Of a DNA stretch of 43,227 nt, positions 1 to 8,291 are shown in pieces. The notes below the pieces were generated by a model. The model worked only from the letters and a program-made list of their open reading frames with translations, had not been told where the DNA came from and did no database searches. Source of the stretch: Desulfobaccales bacterium. GTDB taxonomy: Bacteria; Desulfobacterota; Desulfobaccia; Desulfobaccales; 0-14-0-80-60-11. The stretch spans positions 1 through 43,227 of the forward strand of contig JBIOJX010000003.1 of NCBI GenBank assembly GCA_044451265.1, read 5' to 3'. The translations under genes and the position numbers were made by a program. Position 1 is the first letter of the stretch; each line of letters starts with the position of its first letter.

Positions 1-437
1 AGGTCTGGGAGAGGCTGCTCGCTTACCTCAGGAGTAAAGAGACGGCTCGCCGCACTGTCTGGTTTACCGGCCACAGCCTGGGCGCCGCCCTGGCGACCCT
101 GGCGGCCCGGCGCTATGACCGGGTCCGCGGCCTTTACACCTTCGGCTCCCCCCGGGTCGGGGATCTCGACTTCAAGAACGCCTTCCTGGTCCCCACCTAT
201 CGGTTGGTGAATCACGACGATATTGTGACCCGGGTGCCGCCGCCGCGGCTCTATCAGCATGTGGGCCGCCAAAAATATCTCGACGGCGAGGGCGTCCTCC
301 ACGACAACCCCGAGAGCCGGGAGACCGGCAATATTTTGTCGGTCTTAGCAGCCTGTTTTGATGCCGCAATTCCCAGCGCCCTGGTGGATCACGTCCCCAC
401 CCTTTATGCCACCCAGGTCCGGAATAACCTGCCTTAA
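1..437 (+). CDS. Class 3 lipase (alpha/beta hydrolase), 5'-truncated by window edge
   Basis: Frame 3 reads VWFTGHSLGAALATLAA...YTFGSPRVGD...VNHDDIVTRVP...YQHVG...DH, the Lipase_3 GHSLG nucleophile elbow and downstream motifs; stop TAA at 435-437. Confidence 0.85.
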   Translation, partial: VWERLLAYLRSKETARRTVWFTGHSLGAALATLAARRYDRVRGLYTFGSPRVGDLDFKNAFLVPTYRLVNHDDIVTRVPPPRLYQHVGRQKYLDGEGVLHDNPESRETGNILSVLAACFDAAIPSALVDHVPTLYATQVRNNLP

Positions 438-514
438 TCCGGCCTGCGGGTAGGGGAATGCTGCTTTGGAGAGATCCTGCCCGCCTTTTTCAACCGCCAT
501 CTCCTGCTTCGTCA

Positions 515-700
515 TCAGGGCCGCACTTCTTGGCCTGCAGCCGGCAGGGGGGGTAGGGGCTCAAACCCCGGCGGGTACTTGCTCCATTTGTAGCCGGAGC
601 GCGCCAGATTGTAAGCCAGATTAAATTCCTCGTTCATGTATTTGGGGTCAAATTTCGAGGCCCGTTTCGGGTGAAAATCAAGCGGAATGATGGCGGGACC
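515..700 (-). pseudogene. Remnant resembling the C-terminus of a patatin-like phospholipase
   Basis: Minus strand reads GPAIIPLDFHPKRASKFDPKYMNEEFNLAYNLARSGYKWSKYPPGFEP, resembling the IPxDF..FDPxYM..LF..GY.W.K.PPG tail of proteobacterial patatin-family proteins; in-frame stops just upstream and no ATG before the similar segment. Confidence 0.5.
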
Positions 701-838
701 GCGTATGACGCCGGCTGTCCAGAAGCCACCAATAAATTGATCAATTATTGCTTATTATTGTTTAATTTCGTGAACATCTTTCGGGTACACCACAGTCCAT
801 TGAGGCCAGAACGCAAACCTTTTCCACGGATTTGGGAA

Positions 839-855
839 TTGGCATAGAAAATGCT
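839..855 (+). promoter_or_regulatory. Putative sigma54 (-24/-12) promoter
   Basis: TTGGCATAGAAAATGCT has GG-N10-GC spacing, close to TGGCAC-N5-TTGC; about 220 bp upstream of the 1074 gene. Confidence 0.45.
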
Positions 856-1073
856 TAGAAATGGATAGTTCGAAGTTCGCTTTTAGATTGGTTCAAATAT
901 TTAACGGGATTTCCAGGGATCGGAAAGTCATAAATGAGATCATCAATTAAGGATTTTGTGAAGGTTCCAAACCTGCATATCTTGGTTAGACGCCACCTAC
1001 GGGTCTTCAATTACCGATCTGCAGCATTCCAAGCTAAAGATGCGGTTAATTTCGGTTTATATGGGCAATCACA

Positions 1074-2513
1074 ATGACCACGCGGATTCTTCTTGCTACT
1101 GAAAACCCCATAGTTCGCCAAGAACTGCGCACCTTCTTGGAAAAGGAACCGGATTTTATCATCGCGGCAGAAGTCGACATCGGAGAGGCGGCGGTGCGGT
1201 CGGCGTTGGAAGTGGAGCCTGATGTGATTATCCTGGATCTGGCCGTGAGCAAGGGGCCCGACCCGGTACATCAGCTAATGGCCGCGGTCCCTGCCGCCAA
1301 GGTGATCTGCTTGTCCATGCATGCCGACCGGAGATTAGTCCTGGAGGTCCTCAAGGCCGGAGCCATCGGCTATGTCCTCAAGGAGCATGCCTTTGAAGAG
1401 TTGGCTGTGGCCATCCGGGCGGTCCAGGCCCGTAAGACCTATATTACCCACAGCCTTTTCGACGCCGTCATCCAGGATTACATCGAGCTTTTGCGAGATA
1501 GTGAGGTCCGCTTTCGCACGATTTTTGAGAATTTCTCCATCGGCATCGCCCTGATGGACGGAAAGGGTCGGATAGTGGAGAGTAATCCGGCCTTGCGAGC
1601 ATTACTGGGCTACAGTCAGGATGAACTGCTCCATAAGGAACTAACCGAATTCTTTCAGCCTGAGGAGGCTGTCAAATGTAAGAACTGTTTTAACGATCTG
1701 GCCGCGGGGAATCCGGGGCCTCATCTGATGGAAGCAGAGTACCGGCGTAAAGATGGCAGCCTTTCTTGGTGCCGTCTGTCGGTATCGTCTTTCCGAGGGG
1801 CAGGCAGGGAAGGCCAGGTGGCCATTAGTCTGTTGGAAGACATCAACGATCGCAAACAGGCGGAAGTCAAGATTCACGACTACCAGGAGAAGCTCCTTTC
1901 GGTGGCGCAGGAATTATCCCTGGCCGAAGAGACTGAAAGACGGCGTCTGGCCAATGGTTTCCACGACGACGTGGGGCAGCTTTTGGCCCTGGTCCAGATC
2001 AAGTTAGGAGCCTTAAGACAATCTGTTTCAGCCGACCAGACAGATTCACTTGATGAAATCCGGCAGATCCTCGGGCAAACCATCCGATCCGTCCGGTCTC
2101 TGGGTGGTGAACTCAGCCCGCCCGTACTCTACGAATTGGGGTTTGAGTCGGCCATCGAATGGTTGGCGGAAAAGATTCAGGAGCAGCATGGCATCCAATT
2201 CACGGTCGAGGCGGATCGGAGCCCCAAGCCCTTGAGTGATGAAGTCCGGGTATTTCTCTTCCACTTGATGCGGGATTTGCTGGCAAATCTAGTAACGTAC
2301 GCTCAACCAAGTAATGTCTCGATTCTGATCAACCGGACTGATTCGAATATGCGGATTACCATCGAAAATGACTGGTCCGCCGAATCGCCCTTATTAACTC
2401 CTGACCGCCCCTGGATTTTTAGCATCAGGGAACGTTTGAGATATTTGGGAGGGAGTCTGGAGGTGGAGTTTGGCCCGGGCCGCGTAACCAGGATTTCCCT
2501 GATGGTGCCATGA
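1074..2513 (+). CDS. Hybrid signalling protein: NarL-type receiver + PAS + HisKA_3 + degenerate HATPase
   Basis: Receiver motifs (DVIILD, CLSMH, GYVLK); PAS (FRTIFEN, NPAL..LLGYS, RKDG, EDINDRK); H-box ERRRLANGFHDDVGQ; C-terminal FSIRERLRYLGG. Confidence 0.85.
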   Translation: MTTRILLATENPIVRQELRTFLEKEPDFIIAAEVDIGEAAVRSALEVEPDVIILDLAVSKGPDPVHQLMAAVPAAKVICLSMHADRRLVLEVLKAGAIGYVLKEHAFEELAVAIRAVQARKTYITHSLFDAVIQDYIELLRDSEVRFRTIFENFSIGIALMDGKGRIVESNPALRALLGYSQDELLHKELTEFFQPEEAVKCKNCFNDLAAGNPGPHLMEAEYRRKDGSLSWCRLSVSSFRGAGREGQVAISLLEDINDRKQAEVKIHDYQEKLLSVAQELSLAEETERRRLANGFHDDVGQLLALVQIKLGALRQSVSADQTDSLDEIRQILGQTIRSVRSLGGELSPPVLYELGFESAIEWLAEKIQEQHGIQFTVEADRSPKPLSDEVRVFLFHLMRDLLANLVTYAQPSNVSILINRTDSNMRITIENDWSAESPLLTPDRPWIFSIRERLRYLGGSLEVEFGPGRVTRISLMVP

Positions 2514-2808
2514 GTTGAGCAGGATCTGGCGAGCCGCCCGGCAGGCATTGCCGCCTGGCCTCATCGTGACCTATCCAGGTCCGGATTGACTGCAGGGGAG
2601 CAATCGTCCCGTCGTTCACCCTGAGAAAAACGCCATTCCTGTTGGCGTAACAACGTTAACCGGTCTCTTCAACACAGCTCGAAATAAAAAAGACTCTCCA
2701 TAAGCAGCGCTACCAGTTGTTTTCGCCATACACAATTTCACATCTCATGCCACCCTGCAACTAACTTTGATCCTAGGCCCTCCATTTACGAGGTTATTAT
2801 AAGTGTAC

Positions 2809-2844
2809 GAACGGGCTGCGGCTTCCACCGCAGCCCGTTCTTTT
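2809..2844 (+). terminator. Intrinsic terminator hairpin between convergent genes
   Basis: Perfect 13-bp stem GAACGGGCTGCGG / CCGCAGCCCGTTC, 6-nt loop, followed by TTTT. Confidence 0.7.
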
Positions 2845-2916
2845 CTGAGAACCAACCAGAAGCACCCCACAACCATTGGCTCGCCAGGTTTCTTCTGGTT
2901 GGACTAACGCCAAAGA

Positions 2917-4641
2917 TCAATAACTGATCTGAAAGACCACCTGGAAACGCTGGTCGGTCCCCAGGTTGCCGCCATTGGAGGTCGAGGCGACCGTCCGGGC
3001 AGTGAGGCTTGAGGGCCAGGCTAGTCCGCCGCCGGCGCCGATGGTGCCGGGGGGGCCGAAATTCGCGGCATAATCTTGGCCGTACCAGGTTTTTTCATAG
3101 TCCAACAGGATCATATTGTTCTTGTAAAGATGGTAGGCTATGCCGGTGATCATCTTGGTGTATTTGGCAGATTCGGCGATCTCATGATTCTGGTCGGCAT
3201 TGAACCAATCCGTGCGATAGAAGACATGCAAAGGATACTTATCACTCCCCGACCAGAGCTGGAGCGGCACCTTCACATCGCCGAACACGGAATAACCCAT
3301 GGTCCACAGGGAGTCGGCCCTGATCCCGATGGGCTTCGGTCCGTTCGGCTGGGTGATCCAGTTGCCGGCCTGGTTGCCCTTGGACGCAAACACCTGGGCG
3401 GTGAGAATGAACCAGGGATGCTGGTAGCTCAAATATCCCTGATTAACCACCCAGTCCGGGTAGTATTGCACCCAGGCAGGGCCGGGGAAAGCAGTGTTAA
3501 ATTGGGTGCGGGTGCTGGAGTTGCCTTTCCCGTACAGGCCGAAGTAAGTCGCCTGCAATCCCGGCAAATAGTCCGGCAAAGGCCGTATGGTGACGCGGTA
3601 TTCCGGCACCTTGTTTTGGTTGACCTCGGCGGCGCTGTAGCCGCAGCCGTTATAAACTCCCAGATGCCAACTGCCGTAGCGTCCGTCATAGCCGGCATTG
3701 CCTGTTTTTTCTTCCGCGTTGGCTAATTGGCCGCCGAAATTACCCCGGATACTCACCCCGATATCCGCGGAACTGAAGACCCCGGCCCGCTCAATGGGGA
3801 TGGTGCCTTGACACCGGTAAGGGTAGACCGTCTCTTCAAAATCATGCCAGGGGGTATGGCCCAGACCGACTTCAGATTTATTTTGGGTCAGGAAATTTCC
3901 CAAATTGGGTGGCCTGAGTTCGGCATAGAGATATTTCTCCCGCACCAGCCAGCTCGTGTTGGCGGCATCCTGGAAGATGTCCGTGGTTGACCGGGCAGCC
4001 AGCCAGGGAGTAATTTCCTTGGTGACGGTCAGGTAACCTCGGGTGAGAGTCCATTGGTCTGAACCCACATGCCCATCGACGTTGCGCCCGAAATTACCCG
4101 AGTTGGCTGGTGGCTTACCGGTCGAAGTGGTGAGGGGCCCCCTGAAGGTGGGCCGATCCCCCGCCGAATAATCGATGTAGGCCAGGACGCCGACATTCAG
4201 GCCCTTCAAAGCCTTGGAAATCCCGCCCAGACCCAAATCGGTGTTATTCTTGGTCACTACCGCTTGGGCCTCTTTGCTGGCCTCGGCCTTGGCCTCGACC
4301 TTGGCTTCCTCTTTGGCTTCCTGCTTAACCTGTTGCAACTCCCGGGCCCGTTTGGCATCCTCTTCGGCTTTTTTCACCTGGTCGATCTTACGGGCCTTGT
4401 CTTTGATTTTCTGAGCCTTCTCCGGCGTGATGGCCCCTTCGTCCACCATCAGGTCCAGCAGCTCATCGGCGCTCACCGCCCAGGCCGGCGTGGACCACCC
4501 CACATTGGCCAGAGCCAGACACAGCAGCAGCACCAGGGACCAGATCCCCGCCCTGCTTTGGCCCCGTGGTTTCCAGCGGAGCGCGTCAGTGGCAACCACC
4601 GCTGCCCGCGCCGAACTCCGGTTAAAATGATTAGCTCCCAT
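2917..4641 (-). CDS. Outer-membrane porin-like beta-barrel protein
   Basis: Signal-like hydrophobic segment ending AWA, N-terminal DELLDLMVDEGAITPEKA helix plus coiled coil, amphipathic beta strands, C-terminal FQVVFQISY (aromatic BamA-type terminus). Start set at ATG 4641 because AGGAGG lies upstream; the ORF track starts at 4683. Confidence 0.7.
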   Translation of the reverse strand: MGANHFNRSSARAAVVATDALRWKPRGQSRAGIWSLVLLLCLALANVGWSTPAWAVSADELLDLMVDEGAITPEKAQKIKDKARKIDQVKKAEEDAKRARELQQVKQEAKEEAKVEAKAEASKEAQAVVTKNNTDLGLGGISKALKGLNVGVLAYIDYSAGDRPTFRGPLTTSTGKPPANSGNFGRNVDGHVGSDQWTLTRGYLTVTKEITPWLAARSTTDIFQDAANTSWLVREKYLYAELRPPNLGNFLTQNKSEVGLGHTPWHDFEETVYPYRCQGTIPIERAGVFSSADIGVSIRGNFGGQLANAEEKTGNAGYDGRYGSWHLGVYNGCGYSAAEVNQNKVPEYRVTIRPLPDYLPGLQATYFGLYGKGNSSTRTQFNTAFPGPAWVQYYPDWVVNQGYLSYQHPWFILTAQVFASKGNQAGNWITQPNGPKPIGIRADSLWTMGYSVFGDVKVPLQLWSGSDKYPLHVFYRTDWFNADQNHEIAESAKYTKMITGIAYHLYKNNMILLDYEKTWYGQDYAANFGPPGTIGAGGGLAWPSSLTARTVASTSNGGNLGTDQRFQVVFQISY

Positions 4642-4922
4642 CCCCTTCACCCCTCCTAGCTCTCGAGATTTTTTTCCTTCCAAAGCGAATTATCAGGCAC
4701 CTTTGTTACTAACTGGGTTGAAGCCGATTAATTCTTGGTTACAGGCAGGAAGAAATTGCTGGCGGCGCGGAGATCGCCAACCAGCATACCAGCTACTGAC
4801 CTTGCCGCTGCAAACGAACCCCAAGTGGTGATCGGAGGGCGATGCTGCTGCTGGCTTAGAGGTGGCCCTGAATCGAGGGGAGCGGGGCTCGAGCTTCTAG
4901 ACTTTGGGTATTATTGGCTTGC

Positions 4923-5101
4923 TTAACTAGGACAACCCGGCTTCCACAGGCAATCTGGTTCCTGGCAGCCGGAAATGGCCTGGTAACAAGGGGAGTTCCC
5001 TTCCTTGGCCTGGATGGCGCGAATCAGGTCGGCTTTCCGCAGCCGAGAGTAATTTCTCACCCCCAGGAGGCGGGCTTTTCTCTTATCTGATCCATCGTCA
5101 T
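4923..5101 (-). pseudogene. Small Rho-N/SAP-like Cys-rich protein with a 1-nt frameshift near codon 9
   Basis: RBS-like GAAGGTG then ATG gives MTMDQIREK; the -1 frame continues ARLLGVRNYSRLRKADLIRAIQAKEGNSPCYQAISGCQEPDCLW, a family common in Deltaproteobacteria. Confidence 0.65.
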
Positions 5102-5136
5102 GGTGAAGCACCTTCTTGGTAAAAACAGGTTCGGCC

Positions 5137-5382
5137 TCAGCCAATCTGGCCGGTTCCCGGGCTTAGCGTGACCTGATCATATTTCGTCCGGTTGAAAATC
5201 TTGACGTTGGCGTATTTAGCTTCCGGATGATCAGCCAGATGACGTATCCAGGCGTCTTCCCGAGTCTCTCCCGGCCGCACCTCAATAATGGCCAGGCGCA
5301 CGTGAAAATAGTCCTTTAACCGGCTGAACCATTTACCTTGCTGTATTGCTTTCGAGCGTCGCATGCTTACCATCTCTTCCAT
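5137..5382 (-). CDS. Hypothetical protein (75-81 aa)
   Basis: Plausible ORF (IIEVRPGETREDAWIRHLADHPE), co-oriented with neighbours; no recognised motif. Confidence 0.55.
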   Translation of the reverse strand: MEEMVSMRRSKAIQQGKWFSRLKDYFHVRLAIIEVRPGETREDAWIRHLADHPEAKYANVKIFNRTKYDQVTLSPGTGQIG

Positions 5383-5553
5383 CCGAGTAGACTTTCTTGC
5401 GATTGAATGCTAATATGTTGTTATTAGGGATTGATTTTACTTGCGTAAAAATTTGGTTAATAAAATTGAAGTCAGGTTTCAGGTCTCCAAAGATGGCAAG
5501 CTAGGTTGGCGCCGGGATGGTCCCCCCTGCAGCGGGGGGCAATTGAGGGTCCC

Positions 5554-6369
5554 ATGGGAGTCATCATTGCGATTGTCAACAACAAGGGGGGCGTAGGCAA
5601 GACGACGGTGGCCTGTAACCTGGCCCATGCCCTGGGCCTGTTGGGGAAGCGCGTCCTGGTGGTGGATCTCGACAGCCAGTGCAACGCCACGACGCTCCTC
5701 ATCCCTAAGGAAGATCCGCCCCGACCTGGTCTATATGAACTGCTCCAGCCGGACGGTCCGGGAGCGCACCTCGAGGATTATTTCCTTACTACCCGATATG
5801 ATAACGTGTTTTGTCTCCCCAACGTCCCGGAGACGGCCTCGTTGGAGCCCCAGCTGATTCTGGGCGCCCCGGAGAGCTTTTTCCGGCTGCGGCGCCGGAT
5901 CAGAGACCAGGCCCGGGGCCGCTTTGATTTCACCCTCATCGACACCCCACCTAACCTCGGCGCCTTTGTACTCTGCGCTTTGATTACCGCGGACTTCGCC
6001 CTGATCCCCATTAAGGCGGGCAGCGCCTTCAGCGTGGAAGGCCTGCTCAAGGCGGTCCGTCTGATCAAGGAAGTACAGGGGCAGTACAACCAGGATTTGC
6101 GCTTCCTGCGCCTGCTGATCAACCAGATGGACCGACGCACGCTGATCAGCCGGACCCTGGCGGCCCAGATCACGGGGGCGTTCCGGGAGGACCAGGTTTT
6201 TCATACCACCATCCCGGTCAACACCGCCTTTGAGCGGGCCGAGGCCGCCGGGGAAACCCTGCTGCGCCATCATCCCGGGACCCCCGGCGCCGGCGCCTTT
6301 CGGGAACTCGCCCAGGAACTCCTGGACATCCCAATGGCAGCCGACTCTGCAAGGAGGAAAGCCACATGA
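5554..6369 (+). CDS. parA: ParA/Soj family ATPase (orphan, no parB in window)
   Basis: Deviant Walker A KGGVGKTT, switch VVDLDSQCNAT, Walker B LIDTPPNLG; ATG 5554 after GAGGG. Confidence 0.9.
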   Translation: MGVIIAIVNNKGGVGKTTVACNLAHALGLLGKRVLVVDLDSQCNATTLLIPKEDPPRPGLYELLQPDGPGAHLEDYFLTTRYDNVFCLPNVPETASLEPQLILGAPESFFRLRRRIRDQARGRFDFTLIDTPPNLGAFVLCALITADFALIPIKAGSAFSVEGLLKAVRLIKEVQGQYNQDLRFLRLLINQMDRRTLISRTLAAQITGAFREDQVFHTTIPVNTAFERAEAAGETLLRHHPGTPGAGAFRELAQELLDIPMAADSARRKAT

Positions 6370-6983
6370 CCGACCCCGACAAGCGGGGCAAAAGACGGCC
6401 GACCTTGGTGGAGGGCTTCAATAATGTGCCCAATATCCTGGAAAAGGCCCGGCAGGCCGTGGATGAAGTCACCCAGGGAGCCCGGAACCAAGGCGGCGGC
6501 GAAACTCCCCCCGCCCCGGAGGGCCGGAAAAGCGGCGGGGCCGGACCAAAGCGGCCAAAAGCCGCCCCCCGGAAACAGTCAGCCAAAGCCGGCGGCCGAC
6601 CGCCAAAGCCTTCCCGGCCCCCTGCCGGCAAGGAACCACCGGCGGTCCCCGCGGCCGCTACGGCCTTGGACCTCTCCGGCGGGCCGCAGCTGGGATTGGC
6701 GGATTGCGGCATCACGGTGAAACATGCCATCCCCGGACGCATTCGCTTGCGCCTTTACCAACTGCTGCACAATGAGGCCCTGGCCGCAAAGCTCCCGGCC
6801 CTGCTGGCGGCCGTACCCGGGATAACTTCGGTAGAGGCCAGCATCAACACCGGTTCCCTGCTCATCACTTTCAGCCCCGGGGGTCTGGCTACGGCTGGGA
6901 GTAAAAATTTGGCCGCCGTTATGCACCGGTTTTTCCCCAGGCTCGATACGGAGAGCCTGATAAAGCAAATGCTCGGCAATTAA
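6366..6983 (+). CDS. HMA2-domain protein with Lys/Arg/Pro-rich disordered N-terminal half
   Basis: C-terminal VKHAIPGRIRLR...VPGITSVEASINTGSLLITF matches the HMA2 signature (no CxxC); ATGA overlap with parA stop; AGGAGG RBS. Confidence 0.8.
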   Translation: MTDPDKRGKRRPTLVEGFNNVPNILEKARQAVDEVTQGARNQGGGETPPAPEGRKSGGAGPKRPKAAPRKQSAKAGGRPPKPSRPPAGKEPPAVPAAATALDLSGGPQLGLADCGITVKHAIPGRIRLRLYQLLHNEALAAKLPALLAAVPGITSVEASINTGSLLITFSPGGLATAGSKNLAAVMHRFFPRLDTESLIKQMLGN

Positions 6984-7011
6984 TCTCCTACATGTGTGAC
7001 AAGAGGTTCCC

Positions 7012-7338
7012 GTGGGAATTTGGGATGGCTGGATAAAATCTGAGGTTCCTGGCTTTCTCGTGGTCTTGGGGGCAGCCGCGGCTGCACCCATCGTGCTGCC
7101 GGCCCTGGCCGGGATCGCCCGGCCGCTGGCCAAGGCGGCCATCCGCTTGTATTTTGAGGTGGCCGACGATGTTCGGGAAGTCGTGGCTCATCACCAACCC
7201 CAGCGGCGCCAAGCGCCGAGCCTGGTCCAGCATCTCCTCAGCGGTAAGACCGAGGAGTTGGTGACGCAGGGATTGGCGGGCGAGGCGGAGGACACGGTGG
7301 CGGAGACCGTGGTGGCTGTGGTGGCCGAAATATTGTAA
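7012..7338 (+). CDS. DUF5132-like small membrane protein, paralog 1
   Basis: LGAAAAAPIVLPALAGIARPLAKAAIRL hydrophobic helix followed by an acidic amphipathic segment; GAGG RBS. Confidence 0.7.
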   Translation: MGIWDGWIKSEVPGFLVVLGAAAAAPIVLPALAGIARPLAKAAIRLYFEVADDVREVVAHHQPQRRQAPSLVQHLLSGKTEELVTQGLAGEAEDTVAETVVAVVAEIL

Positions 7339-7497
7339 CCAGCCGCGGCGAAACCTGCCCGGCGTTTACAGACCAGGTGGGGATGATTATATTAACTAAA
7401 AATAAAGCCCTGATAAGCTCACTTAACCATGAGCAGCTCTCCGGTCTCAGGCTCTTCACTGGGAGTAAAAAGGGGATCTTTTTGGAGGAGAATCGCG

Positions 7498-7746
7498 ATG
7501 GCCTTGTATGATGACGTCGTTAAATTTGTTTGGCCCAACGCCCTGGTGGTGCTGGGCGTGGGAATATTGGCGCCGGTGCTCCTGCCGGCGGCAGGTTACG
7601 TGCTGCGGCCTCTGTTCAAAGGCGTGGTCAAGGCCGGCCTCACCGTCAAGGACATGGCGGTGGGTTTCGTGGAGGAAACCGGGGAGCAGGTGAGCGACCT
7701 GGTGGCCGAGGCCAAGGCCGAGCACTACGCCAAGCCCGAAGCCTAA
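7498..7746 (+). CDS. DUF5132 family small membrane protein, paralog 2
   Basis: MALYDD...LGVGILAPVLLPAAGYVLRPLFKGVVKAG...ETGEQVSDLVAEAKAE, typical DUF5132 pattern; strong GGAGGAG RBS before ATG 7498. Confidence 0.8.
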   Translation: MALYDDVVKFVWPNALVVLGVGILAPVLLPAAGYVLRPLFKGVVKAGLTVKDMAVGFVEETGEQVSDLVAEAKAEHYAKPEA

Positions 7747-7901
7747 AGCAAACCACTGCCTTAAATAGATTCCCGCGTCCAGTAACACCTTGTCCCCACG
7801 GGCAAGTGGCTTGCTCACACCGGCTCGCGTGGGGCGGCGCCCTGATCTCATGGCCGAATGCGTTGGAGCGGTGTCAATTTCGTAGCAAGGGTGGGCCTGC
7901 C

Positions 7902-8213
7902 ATGTTTAACCTCTTATTTGCTCGTCCGCTGGCGGCGTTACTGACGGTAGCCGGAGCCGCGGTGTTGGCCCCGGTGATCTTTCCCATCATCGGGGTCATC
8001 CTTAAGCCTCTGGTCGGGCCGGTGACCAATCTTTATCTCGACCTGGCCGATGAGATGGCCGACGCCTTTCTGGAGCGGGAAGAACGCAAGGGCGTTATCA
8101 AGCCGGGAGCTGACGAAGCGGAGCTGAAAAGGTTGGTGGAGGAAATAGCTGAAGATAAAGTGAAATTACGCCTAGACGCCGCCGCGACCGGGCGCTTGGT
8201 GGAAAAGCTTTAA
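7902..8213 (+). CDS. DUF5132-like small membrane protein, paralog 3
   Basis: VAGAAVLAPVIFPIIGVILKPLV shares the AP-x3-P-x6-(R/K)PL pattern of the two preceding genes; ATG 7902 preferred over the track's 7530 start. Confidence 0.65.
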   Translation: MFNLLFARPLAALLTVAGAAVLAPVIFPIIGVILKPLVGPVTNLYLDLADEMADAFLEREERKGVIKPGADEAELKRLVEEIAEDKVKLRLDAAATGRLVEKL

Positions 8214-8291
8214 GGCTTCCTGCCTGGCGCGGCCGGGAGGCGGCCACCGCCTGGTCGGGCGCAGTCATCCGGGCTTAGACAAGGAGCAGCC

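Noticed and set aside
4690-4920. Riboswitch in the porin leader
   Set aside because: No cobalamin, Moco, TPP, SAM or GEMM consensus and no terminator recognised.
5554-8213. Magnetosome gene cluster or chromosomal parAB
   Set aside because: No recognisable mamK/A/B/E/M or mad genes, and no parB or parS site seen.
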